Below are positions 1-13,339 of a DNA stretch of 64,000 nucleotides, piece by piece (positions within the stretch are counted from its first letter, which is position 1; every line of letters starts with the position of its first letter). Under the pieces are notes generated by a model. It did no database searches, was not told where the DNA came from, and saw only the letters and a list, made by a program, of their open reading frames with translations. The DNA is taken from positions 12,400,001 to 12,464,000 of the forward strand of contig NC_043020.1 of NCBI RefSeq assembly GCF_006345805.1, in the 5' to 3' direction. The position numbers were made by a program, and so were the translations under genes. Source of the DNA: Octopus sinensis (taxonomy: Eukaryota).

Positions 1-900
1 CCACCACCACCATTACCACCGCAACCATACCCAGCATGAACACCATAATTACTACTACTACCACTACCAACATCGCCACCACAACCATCACCACCACCAC
101 TATCACCATCACCACCACCACCATTACCACCGCAACCATACCCAGCATCAACACCATAATTACTACTACCACCACCACCAACATCGCCACCACAACCATC
201 ACCATCACCACCACCATACCCAGCATCAATATCATAATTACTACTACTACTACTACTACTATCACCACCGACATCGCCACCACAGTCATCACCACCACCA
301 CCACCACCACAACCATACCCAGCATCAACATCATAATTACTACTACTACTACCACCACCACCACCATCATTATTATCAAGCATATTCCAATCAATGATAA
401 GCCAGGTAATAATCTGTCATGCCAGGCATTGTGCGGTATTGATGATAATTTTTATCGATTGGTTACGTCACATGAACTGCAGCAGTCACTACTACTGCAG
501 TTCATGCTGCTGTTGCTGCCACTATTACTGCTGCAGTTGCTGCCGCTGTTATTGTTGTTGCAGTTGCTGCTGCTATTGTTGTTGTAGTCACGAGATGGTC
601 ACTGTTGGAAGGCTGTTGAGCAAAAGTTTTATAGGTCCGGAGTTGACCTAGGGCTGAACAAAACACATGAACCACCACAACCACCACCACCATCAATGAT
701 AGTAACCACCACCACAACCACCATCAATAATAGTAACCACCATCACCACCACCACCACCACCACAACCACCATCACCACCACCACCACAACCACCATCAC
801 CACCACCACCACAACCACCACCATCAATAATAGTAACCACCACCACCACCACCACCACTATCACCACCACCACCATCAATAATAGTAACCACCACCACCC
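1..900. repeat. ACC/ACT triplet-rich low-complexity tract with a degenerate ~80-110 bp unit
   Basis: (ACC)n/(ACT)n runs; accatacccagcatc recurs at about 24, 136, 213 and 313. The Thr/Ile-rich ORFs derive from the repeat. Confidence 0.8.
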
Positions 901-1261
901 CCACAACCACCACCACCTCTATCACCAATAACAACAACAAAGCCAACATCACAGAGAAACCAAAGCAACAACACAAACAACAGGAGAAAGAAAACCATGA
1001 AAAACGTCAGCTCCCACCATCGTTATCAACAAAAACAACGCCACTACAAGCAACACCAATGTCACTACTGACCACCACCACCGAAAGGTGTGTCTAATTG
1101 TAATATCGAGAGATCTGTCACCTCCAGGCAATACCTTTGCACCAGACGTTGTTATTATTACATGCATTCCGTTAATCTCCGTCGCTTTATCCCTCTTAAT
1201 ACTGTGTCTAGATTTTTCCTCAATAAACATCAATCATTTGTCTACCACTCGAGTTAGATCT

Positions 1262-1780
1262 ATCTATCTATCTATCTATCTATCAGATGTATGTGTTTAT
1301 ATATATATATATATATATATACATATATATACACCCATATATATATATATATACACATTATATATAAACATATTATAACACACAACCATATATTACACAC
1401 ACACACACACATATATATATATACAACACACGCACATATATATATACACATATAACACCACCACATATATATATATACATATATACACACACACACATTA
1501 TATACACACACACACACACATATATATACACATATATACACACACACACATATATATACACATATATACACCACACACACATATATATATACACACATAT
1601 ATACACCACACACATATATATATCACATATATATACACACACACACATATATATAAGAACACGTATATACACCACACCATATATATATACACGTATATAC
1701 ACACACACACATATATATAATATATATATTATATATATATATATATTATATATATATAATATATGTTCAGCAACACAATT
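1262..1780. repeat. Compound (TATC)/(TA)/(CA) microsatellite
   Basis: Directly visible dinucleotide and tetranucleotide runs. Confidence 0.95.
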
Positions 1781-1862
1781 TAGATTCAAATGAATATGGT
1801 ACTTAATTTTTTATGGTGTTACCCATAAAAATATGCGGGGTGATTTTTTGCTTATTTTTTAT

Positions 1863-1940
<78 letters not shown>

Positions 1941-2603
1941 TATATATAGGTATGATGCAAGCAGGAACTCACAATATAAGTACATGTATATTTTTATTAA
2001 TATTTTGTTAAGTGCCAACGCGCGAAATTCTCGGACCCTGAGTCACTCTTACTTCTAATTACACACACACACACACACACTTAGCTATTCAATTTATTCT
2101 TTTGCTTGTTTCAGTTATTGGACAGCGGCCATACCCGACACTCTTTCTCTCCTCTCTTACCACCCCGCTTCATATCACCCTCTATCAGTCTCCTCCGACC
2201 GACACTATCAACCTATATATATATATATATCGGTCCCTTCTATCTTTACTACACCCTCTTTCTCTTTCTCTTCTCTCCCCCCCCTCTCTCTCTCTCTCCC
2301 CTCATATCTCAGTATATTTGTATCAGTCTGTCCCCTCCCATTATGAAAATGTTTTTTTTTGTATGTGTGCGTGTGTTTGCATACACACACATTATATTGA
2401 TATATGTAATCTAATAATATAGAATTCATGTGTGTGTATATATGTATGTATTTGCAATCTCTCGCTTATACTTGTCTACAATTCTACTTAACTCTCCATC
2501 ATAACAATTTTCTAGTATTCCACTTCCTAATACATACATACATACATACATACTACATACATACATACATACATACACATACATACCACACACACACACA
2601 CAA

Positions 2604-3762
2604 CACATATGATAATTATTTTTAATTCTATATTCAATAATGTATATGTGTGTGTATAGTACAATAACTATCGATTATGTTTTATAACTCACTCTAACAC
2701 ACATAAACACCTGCTCTCTAGCTCTCTCAATACATACAACTATTCTTCAGTGCATCGATGCCACCCTGAATCAACACCCACTCCACCCATTATGTAATGA
2801 AGCTAGACTGTAGGATATTTCTGCCATCGACCGCTGACTGGTGAATATAACACCATCTATGGACCCGGTTCAACCTTCATCCATTAACACATCGCCTCAA
2901 TCACAACCAATTAGTCTCAAAATATATTTCACTGAGACACAAACCATACTCTCTTTTTTACTCTTTACTCTTTTACTTGTTTCAGTCATTTGACTGCGGC
3001 CATGCTGGAGCACCGCCTTTAGTCGAGCAAATCGACCCCGGGACTTATTCTTTGTAAGCCTAGTACTTATTCTATCTGTCTCTTTTGCCAAACCGCTAGG
3101 TTACGGGGACGTAAACACACCAGCATCAGTTGTCCAGCGATGTTGGGGGACAAACACACACACGCACACAACATACACACACACACACACACACACAACA
3201 TATGATAATTTTTTTAATTCTATATTCAATAATGTATATGTGTGTGTATAGTACAATAACTATCGATTATGTTTTATAACTCACTCTAACACACATAAAC
3301 ACCTGCTCTCCAGCTCTCTCAATACATACAACTATTCTTCAGTGCATCGATGCCACCCTGAATCAACACCCACTCCACCCGTTATGTAATGAAGCTAGAC
3401 TGTAGGATATTTCTGCCATCGACCGCTGACTGGTGAATATAACACCATCTATGGACCCGGTTCAACCTTCATCCATTAACACATCACCTCAATCACAACC
3501 AATTAGTCTCAAAATATATTTCACTGAGACACAAACCATACTCTCTTTTTTACCTCTTTACTCTTTTACCTTGTTTCATCATTTGACTGCGGCATGCTGG
3601 AGCACCGCCTTTAGTCGAGCAAATCGACCCGCGGACTTATTCTTTGTAAGCCTAGTACTTATCTATCTGTCTCTTTTGCCAACCGCTAGGTTACGGGGAC
3701 GTAAACACACCAGCATCAGTTGTCCAGCGATGTTGGGGGACAAACACACACACGCACACAAT

Positions 3763-3775
<13 letters not shown>
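2604..3775. repeat. ~590-bp direct tandem duplication (unique sequence plus SINE 3' half)
   Basis: catatgataatt...gggacaaacacacacacgcacacaa occurs at ~2604-3180 and again at ~3197-3775 with few substitutions. Confidence 0.9.
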
Positions 3776-3815
<40 letters not shown>

Positions 3816-3976
3816 CGACGGGCTTCCTTCAGTTTCCGTCTACCAATCCACTCACAAGGCTTGGTCGGCCCGAGGCTATAGTAGAAGACAGTTGTCCAAG
3901 GTGCTACGCAGTGGGACTGAATCCGGAACCATGTGGTTCGTAAACAAGCTACTTACCACACAGCCACTCCTACGCC

Positions 3977-3977
<1 letters not shown>
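3556..3977 (-). mobile_element. tRNA-derived SINE, family 1 (internal TA/TG microsatellite)
   Basis: Reverse complement has head aggcgtaggagtggctgtgtggtaag...ggttccggattcagtccc, a central ttggacaactgtcttctactatagcc segment and tail gcggtgctccagcatgccgcagtcaaatgatgaaacaag. It resembles described octopus tRNA-SINEs; family name not assigned. Confidence 0.9.
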
Positions 3978-4012
<35 letters not shown>

Positions 4013-4385
4013 ATTATATATATATATATATATATAGATATATATATATATATGTATGTATTTTCATAATTATATTAGAGGGTACACGAAGCACCAACTT
4101 GCTAGAAAGAGGAAGTAACCTCCATCCAACTTAACCATTAATCTCACTGAGAATACGCAACGGGCCAACAGAAATCTGGCAGACGAGCAAAATTTAACAT
4201 GCCATCTCAGCGAAAAGCCGTCGAATGAGGTAGCAGATATACCTAGATCACGATTTCGAATTTTGGCTTGTGCCTCATTTCTTCTCAGCAGGTCTTGCTG
4301 TAACTAAAATAAAAAAATCCATTTCGCTTCCTTGTAATCCATTACGCTTTGAATAAGTCACGCGCCAAATTCAACATTTCAGTGC

Positions 4386-4424
<39 letters not shown>

Positions 4425-4428
<4 letters not shown>

Positions 4429-4628
4429 AGAGTTTACGAAAAAAAACAAAAGACGAAGACAGCTGGTGTACAAAACAAACAGATGTATTAGTATAACGCT
4501 CAGGAATAGAAAAAGTCTTTTACGTTTCCAGCCTACGCTCTTCTACAGAAAGGGACACAGAAAAAACAAGGAGAGAAACAAGGAGAGAAAAAAATGTGTG
4601 TAATGGCTAACGATCTATCATGGAGACT
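4425..4628 (-). mobile_element. Short (TA)n-embedded Penelope-type repeat with hammerhead-like motif
   Basis: Same sequence as 39325-39510 and 40075-40265, flanked by (TA)n. RC of 4517-4552 is cttt CTGTAGA a gagc gtag gctg GAAA cg TA aaag. Confidence 0.6.
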
Positions 4629-4734
4629 ATATATATATATGTATATATATGTAAAAGTGAGTAAATATTCAGATGAATACTCGTAAAGTTGTTATTGTTA
4701 TTATTATTATTATCAGCAGCAGCAAATCTAAAAA

Positions 4735-5170
4735 AATCGCATTCTTTGAAGAAAATAACTTGCTGAGTGATACCCAGCATGGCTTCCGACCAGGTAGGAG
4801 CTGCCTGACTCAGCTCTTACAACATTATGACTGGGTGTTGAAGCAGTTACTCAACAACTCAACTGTTGACGTAATATGCCTTGATTTTGCAAAAGCTTTT
4901 GACAAAGTGGACCATGGTATGATATGCCACAAACTGCGTGGTTACGTGACTTTCTGAAAGATAGACGTCAGGCAGTAGTGGCCAATGGGGCCACCTCAAT
5001 GAAAACACAAATAGTGAGCGGTGTTCCACAGCACTATCTTGGGAACACTGCTTTTCATTCGCCCTCAACTGCCCGGATATCCACCCTTGCTAGCTACGCA
5101 GGCGATACGAAAGACGCAGAAAATACAGAACCCCAGCAATGTTGCACATCTGCAGCAGGAGTTGGACTCA
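4735..5170 (+). mobile_element. CR1-clade LINE reverse transcriptase fragment (degenerate)
   Basis: NNLLSDTQHGFRPGRSCLTQLL...VDVICLDFAKAFDKVDH and WLRDFLKDRRQAVVANGATS...SGVPQ are hallmark CR1/L2 RT motifs; frameshifted. Confidence 0.9.
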
Positions 5171-5171
5171 A

Positions 5172-5204
<33 letters not shown>

Positions 5205-7126
5205 CCAAAACATAGAACAAGAATGCAATAGACGACGATAAAACATTTGGACAGATAGACGATACGAAGACGGACAAGATAAACAATAAAATACGGACAG
5301 GACAAAACAAGGATGGGCCGTTCGTGTCCTTGTACCCTCAGTCAAGTTTCCAGATCATCCTTACAGTTTCTGCCGGTTACATTTGAGTCTGTTCAAATCT
5401 CGCTGGTCCCCATAGCAAAAAAAAAGAAAGATACTCAGAGAGCGCAAACCTCCGCCAAGATAACACCAACGTCCTCTCAACGATTAGTCGGAGATGATTT
5501 TTAAAATGAGAATATCTGAAATAAACTCGACTGCTCTTACAAACGAGAATTCTACACACACAAAAATAAATGCAGAAATTGTTACTCAATTACAAATACA
5601 AGCAACAAGAAAATAGCAACAGGTGTCTTTCGACTAAGAAAGACGAATCAAGTTCAGCTGACGTGAGAAGTGAAAGCCGTGAGGCAGGACCATAGATGAA
5701 CATCAGAGATGAAAGTCAGGAGACGGGAATCAGTGATGCTTCGTGTCTGGCGGTCGATCTAAGAAAGAAAAATCATGTTTGGCCGAACACCGGTCAAGTG
5801 GAAGGAAAGGAGAGGGGTAGTAGGTAGTGGGGTTGAAGAATTAGGGGGAGGACGAGAAAGAGACAAAAAGTCAAAGGGATATAGAGAAGGTACATGGGGA
5901 ATAGACGGTGAAAATAGGTGGATTAAAAAAAGAGAAGGTCAAGAAATGTGAGGGAGGGGGAGCGAGAAAAAGAAAGGAGGAAAGAAACAAGGAAGTAGAG
6001 CAAAGTATGAGGGGGACTAAAAGAAAGAGTAAAAACGTCGTATAGAATTTAGATATATACTTACAAGGTGAGCAAAAGTAGGTACGCCACTATATGTATA
6101 TATCAATCCAAAACATGAAACAAGGACGCAAGAGACGACAATAAAACATCCCCGCAGCGAGATGATATGAAGACGGACAGAACAAATCAAGGACGGGACA
6201 TTTGTAGCCCGCTCTCCTCAGTCAAGTTTCCAGATCATCCTTACAGTTTCGGCCGGTTACACTTGTTCAAATCTGGCTTGCTGATGTATATATATATACG
6301 TTTAGGGTGAATACTTGATAAGTGTAGTCGCATCTCCACTAGTGAGTTCTCTACTAACTACCGTAAACTGTAAATGTGTCTAACCGATGGAGAAAAACTG
6401 AACGGGTAACCGAAATCCTCCCAGTAAAATATGCCTTTCTTCCATACAACCAAACATTTACAACCTCCAATGCCACAAGATTGTTTCCTAACTAAAACAC
6501 CAACAAGAAGTTACACATCCCCAACTGAGTGTATTTAGCCACGATCTTCATGGTTCTAACAAAACGAACATTAGATTAGTACGGTGACTTGTGTACAGAA
6601 TGGTAAGTTGTCCCAGCTCTGAAATTACAAAAAAGCCTTTTTGTCCCCTATTAAGAGGGCCTCTGTTATCTTTGAAGAATTCTGACTTGATACCCACTAT
6701 ATTTGCCACCGCCTCTAAAAATCTTCAACTATAGGCGTAGGAGTGGCTTGTGGTAAGTAGCTTGTTTACTAACCACATGGTTCCGGGTTCAGTCCCACTG
6801 CGTGGTACCTTAGGCAAGTGTCTTCTACTACAGCCTCGGGCCGGCCAAAGCCTTGTGGGCGGATTTAGTTGAGGAAACAAAGACGCCCGTAGTGTGTGTG
6901 TTTGTATGCTTCCCCCATCATCACTTGGGAACTGGTATTAGAGTGTTTACGTCCTTCTATCTTACAAGTTCGACAGAAAGATCAATAGAATAAGCACCAG
7001 GCTTACAAAAAGTAAGTACGGAACTCGATTTATTCGACTAGAAAAGAACACGGCGATGCTCCAGTATGGCCGTAGTCTAATGATTAAAATAAGTAAAAGA
7101 GATGAAAGATATATCACATCATTATA

Positions 7127-7765
7127 AACACATAGTAGTATGGCAATCCCTCAAGGTCGAGAATGATGGTCTTCACGCAAATTTATTGGTGAGTCCGCAG
7201 GTGACTGATAAGACCAATTCTTGCTCGAAAAGATCGGTCACAGTGCGGACATCTAGTGCCGGAAGGAAGAGTCGCACGTGGTTGTTGTTGGCGCTCCTTC
7301 CGTCGTCGTCTTTTCTCCTCCAGCTCCGCAGACCTTTTCGACTCGAAATTCGCCGTTTCCTCATGGATGGTGGTTTTCCAGAGTGGTCTGTTTTTTGCCG
7401 TTTCCTCCCAGTTGGTGAAGTCAATGTCACACTATTTGAGGTTCGATTTCAGGGAGTCCTTGTAGCGTTTCTTCTGGCCTCCTTTTGTACGCTTGCCGTC
7501 TTTGAGTTGGGAGTAGAAGATCTGTTTGGGAAGTCGTTCGTCAGTCATTCTAACCACGTGGCCGCTCCATCTTAGTTGGCCTTTGATGACATAGGCTTCG
7601 ATGCTGGTCATTTTTGTCTTGTAGCACGCTGGCGTTAGTTCTTCTGTTTTCCCAGCTGATGTTGAGGATCTTCCGAAGACAGCGTTGGTGAAATTTCTCG
7701 AGCGTTTTCAGGTGGTGACTATACGAAACACATAGTTGACATAGTGCCAAACTTCCTCGCATTAC
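7127..7765 (-). mobile_element. RTE-clade LINE, 5'-truncated 3' fragment
   Basis: HHLKTLEKFHQRCLRKILNISWENRRTNASVLQ, then frameshifted ...GHVVRMTDERLPKQIFYSQLKDGKRTKGGQKKRYKDSLK, ending in a C-terminal C2H2 finger (CPHCDRSFRARIGLISHLRTH). Confidence 0.92.
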
Positions 7766-7909
7766 TTCTAGACAGTAAACAGACGTGACTGTCTTTATTA
7801 TTTCTCCCCATCAGTAAAACTCAACAGCTATCCCCATCGTAGGAAAACACTACAATATTTCTCTCGCGTGAGGGAAGAGTCTATTTCCGATTCGTAGGAA
7901 TAATTTTTG

Positions 7910-8068
7910 AGAGTGGCTGTGTGGTAAGTAGCTTGCTAACCAACCACATGGTTCCGGGTTCAGTCCCACTGCGTGGCATCTTGGGCATGTGTCTTCTGCT
8001 ATAGCCCCGGGCCGACCAATGCCTTGTGAGTGGAATTGGTAGACGGAAACTGAAAGAAGCCTGTCGTA

Positions 8069-8135
<67 letters not shown>

Positions 8136-8338
8136 CTGTGTTTGTCCCCCTAGCATTGCTTGACAACCGATGCTGGTGTGTTTACGTCCCCGTCACTTAG
8201 CGGTTCGGCAAAAGAGACCGATAGAATAAGTACTGGGCTTACAAAGAATAAGTCCTGGGGTCGATTTGCTCGACTAAAGGCGGTGCTCCAGCATGGCCGC
8301 AGTCAAATGACTGAAACAAGTAAAAGAGTAAAAGAGTT
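7910..8338 (+). mobile_element. tRNA-derived SINE, family 1
   Basis: Full head, internal (TA)n(TG)n and tail ...tgactgaaacaagtaaaagagtaaaagag. Confidence 0.9.
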
Positions 8339-8762
8339 AATCCAATTCAAAAGACGGATAACTTGACCTGACCCTGACAACTCCGAACCGATTTTCTTCT
8401 CTAGTAACATCTTCAAAATCGGCCATTAATAATCCTTTCCTTCATCTTGAACTCCTTCCCTTGTCTTTCATGTTTGGTCAATACTTTGGTTTCTCTCCTG
8501 CCAGACTTTGCCATTCTGCATTAACTTCTAGTTGTGAGGTGTCCCTCATTTAAGAGAGCTTCAGAATAATATTCTTACTTTTCACATCAACAGAACGTAC
8601 TGCTTTTGGGTTCTACCTTGTTTCGCTTCGTTAATCCAAAGCACCAATGCCAGATCGATCCAGGTCCACATTAGTTCTGAGATTCTCAGGCCTTTGTTTC
8701 CTTTCTCCCATATTTCAATTAATCATGCCATTTGTATGTGAGCTATTCAGTACATTACACCT

Positions 8763-8929
8763 TGTGGAGGCGCAATGGCCCAGTGGTTAGGGCAGCGGAC
8801 TCGCGGTCGTAGGATCGCGGTTTCGATTCCCAGACCGGGCGTTGTGAGTGTTTATTGAGCGAAAACACCTAAAGCTCCACGAGGTTCCGGCAGGGGATGG
8901 TGGTGATCCCTGCTGTACTCTTTCACCAC

Positions 8930-8972
<43 letters not shown>

Positions 8973-9175
8973 TTCCTGTTTCTGTTGTACCTGTATTTCA
9001 AAGGGCCGGCCTTGTCACTCTCTGTGCCACGCTGAATATCCCGGAGAACTGCGTTAAGGGTACACGTGTCTGTGGAGTGCTCAGCCACTTACACGTTAAT
9101 TTCACGAGCAGGCTGTTCCGTTGGTTCGGATCAACCGGAACCCTCGTCGTCGTAACCGACGGAGTGCTTCCATCC
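8763..9175 (+). mobile_element. tRNA-derived SINE (head A + tail 1) with 18-bp TSD
   Basis: A box tggcccagtgg and B box ggtttcgattcc; TSD attcagtacattacacct at 8745-8762 and 9176-9193. Confidence 0.93.
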
Positions 9176-9429
9176 ATTCAGTACATTACACCTGAGCTCA
9201 CGACACTCAATACCCAACAGGCACTATATCTGTTCTGCCTACATTTTCTAATAACGTTACTCAAACGTAAAAACGTCAAATTTTGAGAAGCGACGGAGCG
9301 TGACATCAGCTTCGAATGAACGAAAGTTACTACAGTACTCTAGTACTCGTTTTATCCCGTTCGTACATCAAAATACATCTAGCAGTTATTTCATCCCGTT
9401 TGTACAACGAAACATGTCTAAAATTATAC

Positions 9430-9828
9430 AGCAGGAGTGGCTGTGTGGTAAGTAGCTTGCTAGCCAACCCGATGGTTCCGGGTTCAGTCCCACTGCGTGG
9501 CATCTTGGGCAAGTGTCTTCTGCTATAGCCCCGGGCCGACCAATGCCTTGTGAGTGGATTTGGTAGACGGAAACTGAAAGAAGCCTGTCGTATATATGTA
9601 TATATATATATGTGTGTGTGTCTGTGTTTTTTCCTCCTAGCATTGCTTGACAACCGATGCTGGTGTGTTTACGTCCCCGTCACTTCGCGGTTCGGCAAAA
9701 GTGACCGATAGAATAAGTACTGGGCTTACAAAGAATAAGTCCCGGGGTCGATTTGCTCGACTAAAGGCGGTGCTCCAGCATGGCCGCAGTCAAATGACTG
9801 AAACAAGTAAAAGAGTAAAAGAGAGAGA
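9430..9828 (+). mobile_element. tRNA-derived SINE, family 1
   Basis: Near-identical to 7910-8338. Confidence 0.9.
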
Positions 9829-10560
9829 GAGCTCCCTCGTACAATCCCTAGCTGTATCCATCCCCTGTCGTAGACAAATGAAAGCAGAGAGCCTAAAACT
9901 CGGAGTAACGACGAAGTAAATGAATAAATAATTATTTTTCCTGTTATGTCAGTGTCACCTCTGGTGTCCAGTCTGCTGCTTCGCTAGACGATCACATCAT
10001 TTTTACTTTCATTATCGATCTGCCTTCCTCAAAAATCAATCGACGAAACGTGCGAAAATGGCGACACTGCTGAACGCTACCGAAAGCAGCAACGGCGGCA
10101 GCAGCAGCAGTAATAGTAGTGATAGTACAGGTGATACTGACGGTGGTTGTATTAGCAAGTGCTTACAGTAGCGGTGGAGGTGGTCGTAATAGTAGCGCCG
10201 CTAACAACAGCATTAACATCCGTCTTTCTTAAAATCATTATATGTAGTAGTAGTAGTGGTGGTATTGGTAGTGGTGGTGGTAGTAAGGGGAGGGGGAGGA
10301 GGCGGAAGAGGAGTAGTAGTGATGGTCGTGGTCGCACAAGAAGTTGCGCTCATCGCAGTTGTGGTAGTAGAGGCTACAGTACTAGCTGCAGTTGTGTTTC
10401 ACTAGTATAAAGGCTACGGCATGCATATAAACACGTGTGTGTGTGTATATATATATATATATATTATTATATATATACTCTTAACATGTTGCTGGTTTAA
10501 GTCATTGGATAGCGGTCACGCTAAAGTACCACCATTAAAGTTTTTTCCGCCCCACTTATA

Positions 10561-10589
<29 letters not shown>

Positions 10590-10595
<6 letters not shown>

Positions 10596-10735
10596 CGTAG
10601 AAGTAGCTTGCTTACGAACTACATGGTTCCGAGTTCAGTCCCACTGCGTGGCACCTTGGGCAAGTATCTTCTACTATAGCCTCGAGCCGACCAAAGTGAG
10701 TGGATTTGGTAGACGGAAACTGAAAGAAGGCCGTC

Positions 10736-10782
<47 letters not shown>

Positions 10783-11030
10783 GTATGTGGTGTGTGTGTG
10801 TGTGTGTGTGTTGTGTGTGTGTGTAATGTGTGTGTGTTTGTCCCCCCAACATCGCTTGACAACCGATGCTGGTGTGTATACGTCCCCGTAACTTAGCGGT
10901 TCGGCAAAGAGAGACCGATAAAATAAGTACTAGGCTTACAAAGAATAAGTCCTGGGGTCGATGTGCTCGACTAAAAGCGGTGCTCCACATGGCCACAGTC
11001 AATGACCGAAACAAGCAAAAGAGTAAAGAG
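10590..11030 (+). mobile_element. tRNA-derived SINE, family 1
   Basis: Same head, internal microsatellite and tail. Confidence 0.88.
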
Positions 11031-11066
11031 AATAATAAATAAATAAATAAATAAATAATATATATA

Positions 11067-11119
<53 letters not shown>

Positions 11120-11364
11120 ATTATATATATTATCGTTACTGTTTCTGTCTATAACCTGCACTATAGATTTTTATTTATCAAATCAATTGATTACTGATTT
11201 CGGCATTATGCCATCAAGGGACACAACTCGATATATCGGTTTGCACCGGAAAACATTAACACAGAAATGGACACACGTGTTTACGCACATGCATTGAACG
11301 TATATATGTGAACATGCACGCATACAAACATACACACACACACACACACACGTATATATATATA

Positions 11365-11591
11365 TTTCTTTACTGCCCAGAAGGGGCTAAACATAGAGGG
11401 GACAAACAAGGACAGACGAAGGGATTGAGTCGATTATAACGACCCCAGTGCGAAACTGGTACTTTATTTATCGACCCCGAAAGGATGAAAGGCAAAGTTG
11501 ACCTCGGCGGAATTTGAACTCAGAACGTAACGACAGACGAAATACCGCTAAGCATTTCGCCCGGCGCTCTAACGTTTCTGCCAGCTCGCCA
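11365..11591 (-). mobile_element. tRNA-derived SINE, family 2 monomer
   Basis: RC: ggcgagctggcagaaacgttagagcgccgggcgaaatgcttagcggtatttcgtctgtcgttacgttctgagttcaaattccgccgaggtcaactttgcctttcatcctttcggggtcgat... Confidence 0.88.
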
Positions 11592-11606
11592 ATATATATA
11601 TATATA

Positions 11607-11904
11607 CTAGCAGTATTGCCCGGCGTTGCTCGGGTTTGTAAGGGAAATACCTATATAAGCATTTTTAGAGAGTTACTTCCCTTATATAATAGCGAAAAAA
11701 TGCATTAAAATGAAAAAAAATGATGGTCATTTTTTTTTTAAATCGTAGACTCATCGTAGACGCGCGCTAATACCCAGAAGGGCTCGATATGAATCACGAC
11801 TATAAGATACCCGCTTTTGGTTATACTACACCGCAAAATGTGGGAGTAGTTAGGAATCTAAATCGTAGGAGACAGACACACAACTTCTCTTTTATATATA
11901 AAGA
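11607..11904 (-). mobile_element. Non-autonomous Helitron-like element
   Basis: RC begins A|TCTTTATATATAAAAG and ends with GC hairpin cccgagcaacgccggg followed by caatactgCTAG|T: TC...CTAG termini at an AT target, no TSD. Confidence 0.75.
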
Positions 11905-12680
11905 TATATATATATATATATATATATACGTGCCTGTATTTACGAGGGGGGAGGGAGGGATTGGAACGGGTGTGGCATCTTGAGGAGAAAGTAAACATGA
12001 AGAAAGAAGTAAAACTCAACGTTTTGTTGTTCTGCTTCGTACTGCGCCTTCCACTCTCACGGTACTGTTATTTGTTGTTTATCCTCGCGATACCAACCCT
12101 GATTGAGTTAACCTTTGTCAAAGGCGTTCCAACTATGACCGTCCTGTATCTTTCCCCAAACAGTGCGTAGAGAACCACATGTGAAATATTTTTGAGGGAG
12201 ATTTGGTTGCTAATACTAACATCGATCGATCGATCGATCGATCACATTGACGTCTGCCTCGTTGGTTCACACTACATAGATGATGCATGTAGTTCTCCAA
12301 TAAGGGTGCAGGAGAGCTTGCTTACAAACCACATTGTTCCGGGTTCATTCCCACTGCGTGGCACCTTGGGCAACTGTCTTCTACTATAGCCTCGGGCTGA
12401 CCAAAGCCTTGTGAGTGAATTTGGTAAACAGAAACTGAAAGAAGCCCGTCATATATATATATAAATATATGTATTTGAGTAGTTGAATGAATTATCTTGT
12501 TATGGATAATTCGGTTAACCGATACCTGGGTAGCAAATTCACATCAGAGAAGACACGTTTGAAGTTACGTGCTTTCGTGTTGAAATAAAGGAATTTTGTT
12601 AATTCGTCCTTCAACTCCATTCTTTCATATATTTATATTTTTATAAATATATATATACATATAAATATATATATGTATGT

Positions 12681-12719
<39 letters not shown>

Positions 12720-13107
12720 TGTGTCTGACAACCGATGCTGGTGTGTTTACATCCCCGTATCTTAGCGGTTCGGCAAAAGAGACCGATAGAATAAGTACTA
12801 GGCTTACAAAGAATAAGTCCCGGTGTCGATTTGCTCGCCTAAAAGGCGGTGCTCCAGCATGGGCGCAGTGAAATGACTGAAACAAATAAAAGAGTATAAG
12901 AGTAAGGGCCTGCTATCGTATGTTTGAGGTGCGAAACGCAATGAAGAAATCATTCAGGAAAGAACCTTCTTTGCCGGCGAAACCCACCTTTGACTATGCA
13001 GACAGAAATAATTGGTTAACTGGGATCTGGGAGTCGTGGAGTCTGTCTCTTTCTTTAACTATTTCCCTTCCTTTAGCAGGTTCTGTTGTCTTATGGAAGG
13101 TCATAAT

Positions 13108-13339
13108 AATTTCTTTACTACCCACAAGGGGCTAAACACAGAGAGGACAAACAAGGACAGACAAAGGGATTAAGTCGATTACATCGACCCCAGTGCGTAA
13201 CTGGTACTTAATTTATCGACCCCGAAAGGATGAAAGGCAAAGTCAACCTCGGCGGAATTTGAACTCAGAACGTAGCGGCAGACGAAATACGGCTACGAAT
13301 TTCGCCCGGCGTGCTAACGTTTCTGCCAGCTCGCCGCCT
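13108..13339 (-). mobile_element. SINE family 2 monomer with 17-bp TSD
   Basis: TSD ttatggaaggtcataat at 13091-13107 and 13340-13356. Confidence 0.92.

Noticed and set aside
36-587. Thr-rich 183-aa ORF as a mucin-like gene
   Set aside because: It is built from (ACC/ACT)n drift, has no signal peptide or splice signals, and both strands give similar low-complexity ORFs.
5640-5800. Possible Penelope GIY-YIG C-terminal remnants (also ~59640-59760, minus strand)
   Set aside because: Only a faint motif resemblance, too degenerate to call by eye.
8763-8840. SINE heads as functional tRNA genes
   Set aside because: A and B boxes are present, but there is no proper acceptor stem and each continues into a SINE body with TSDs.
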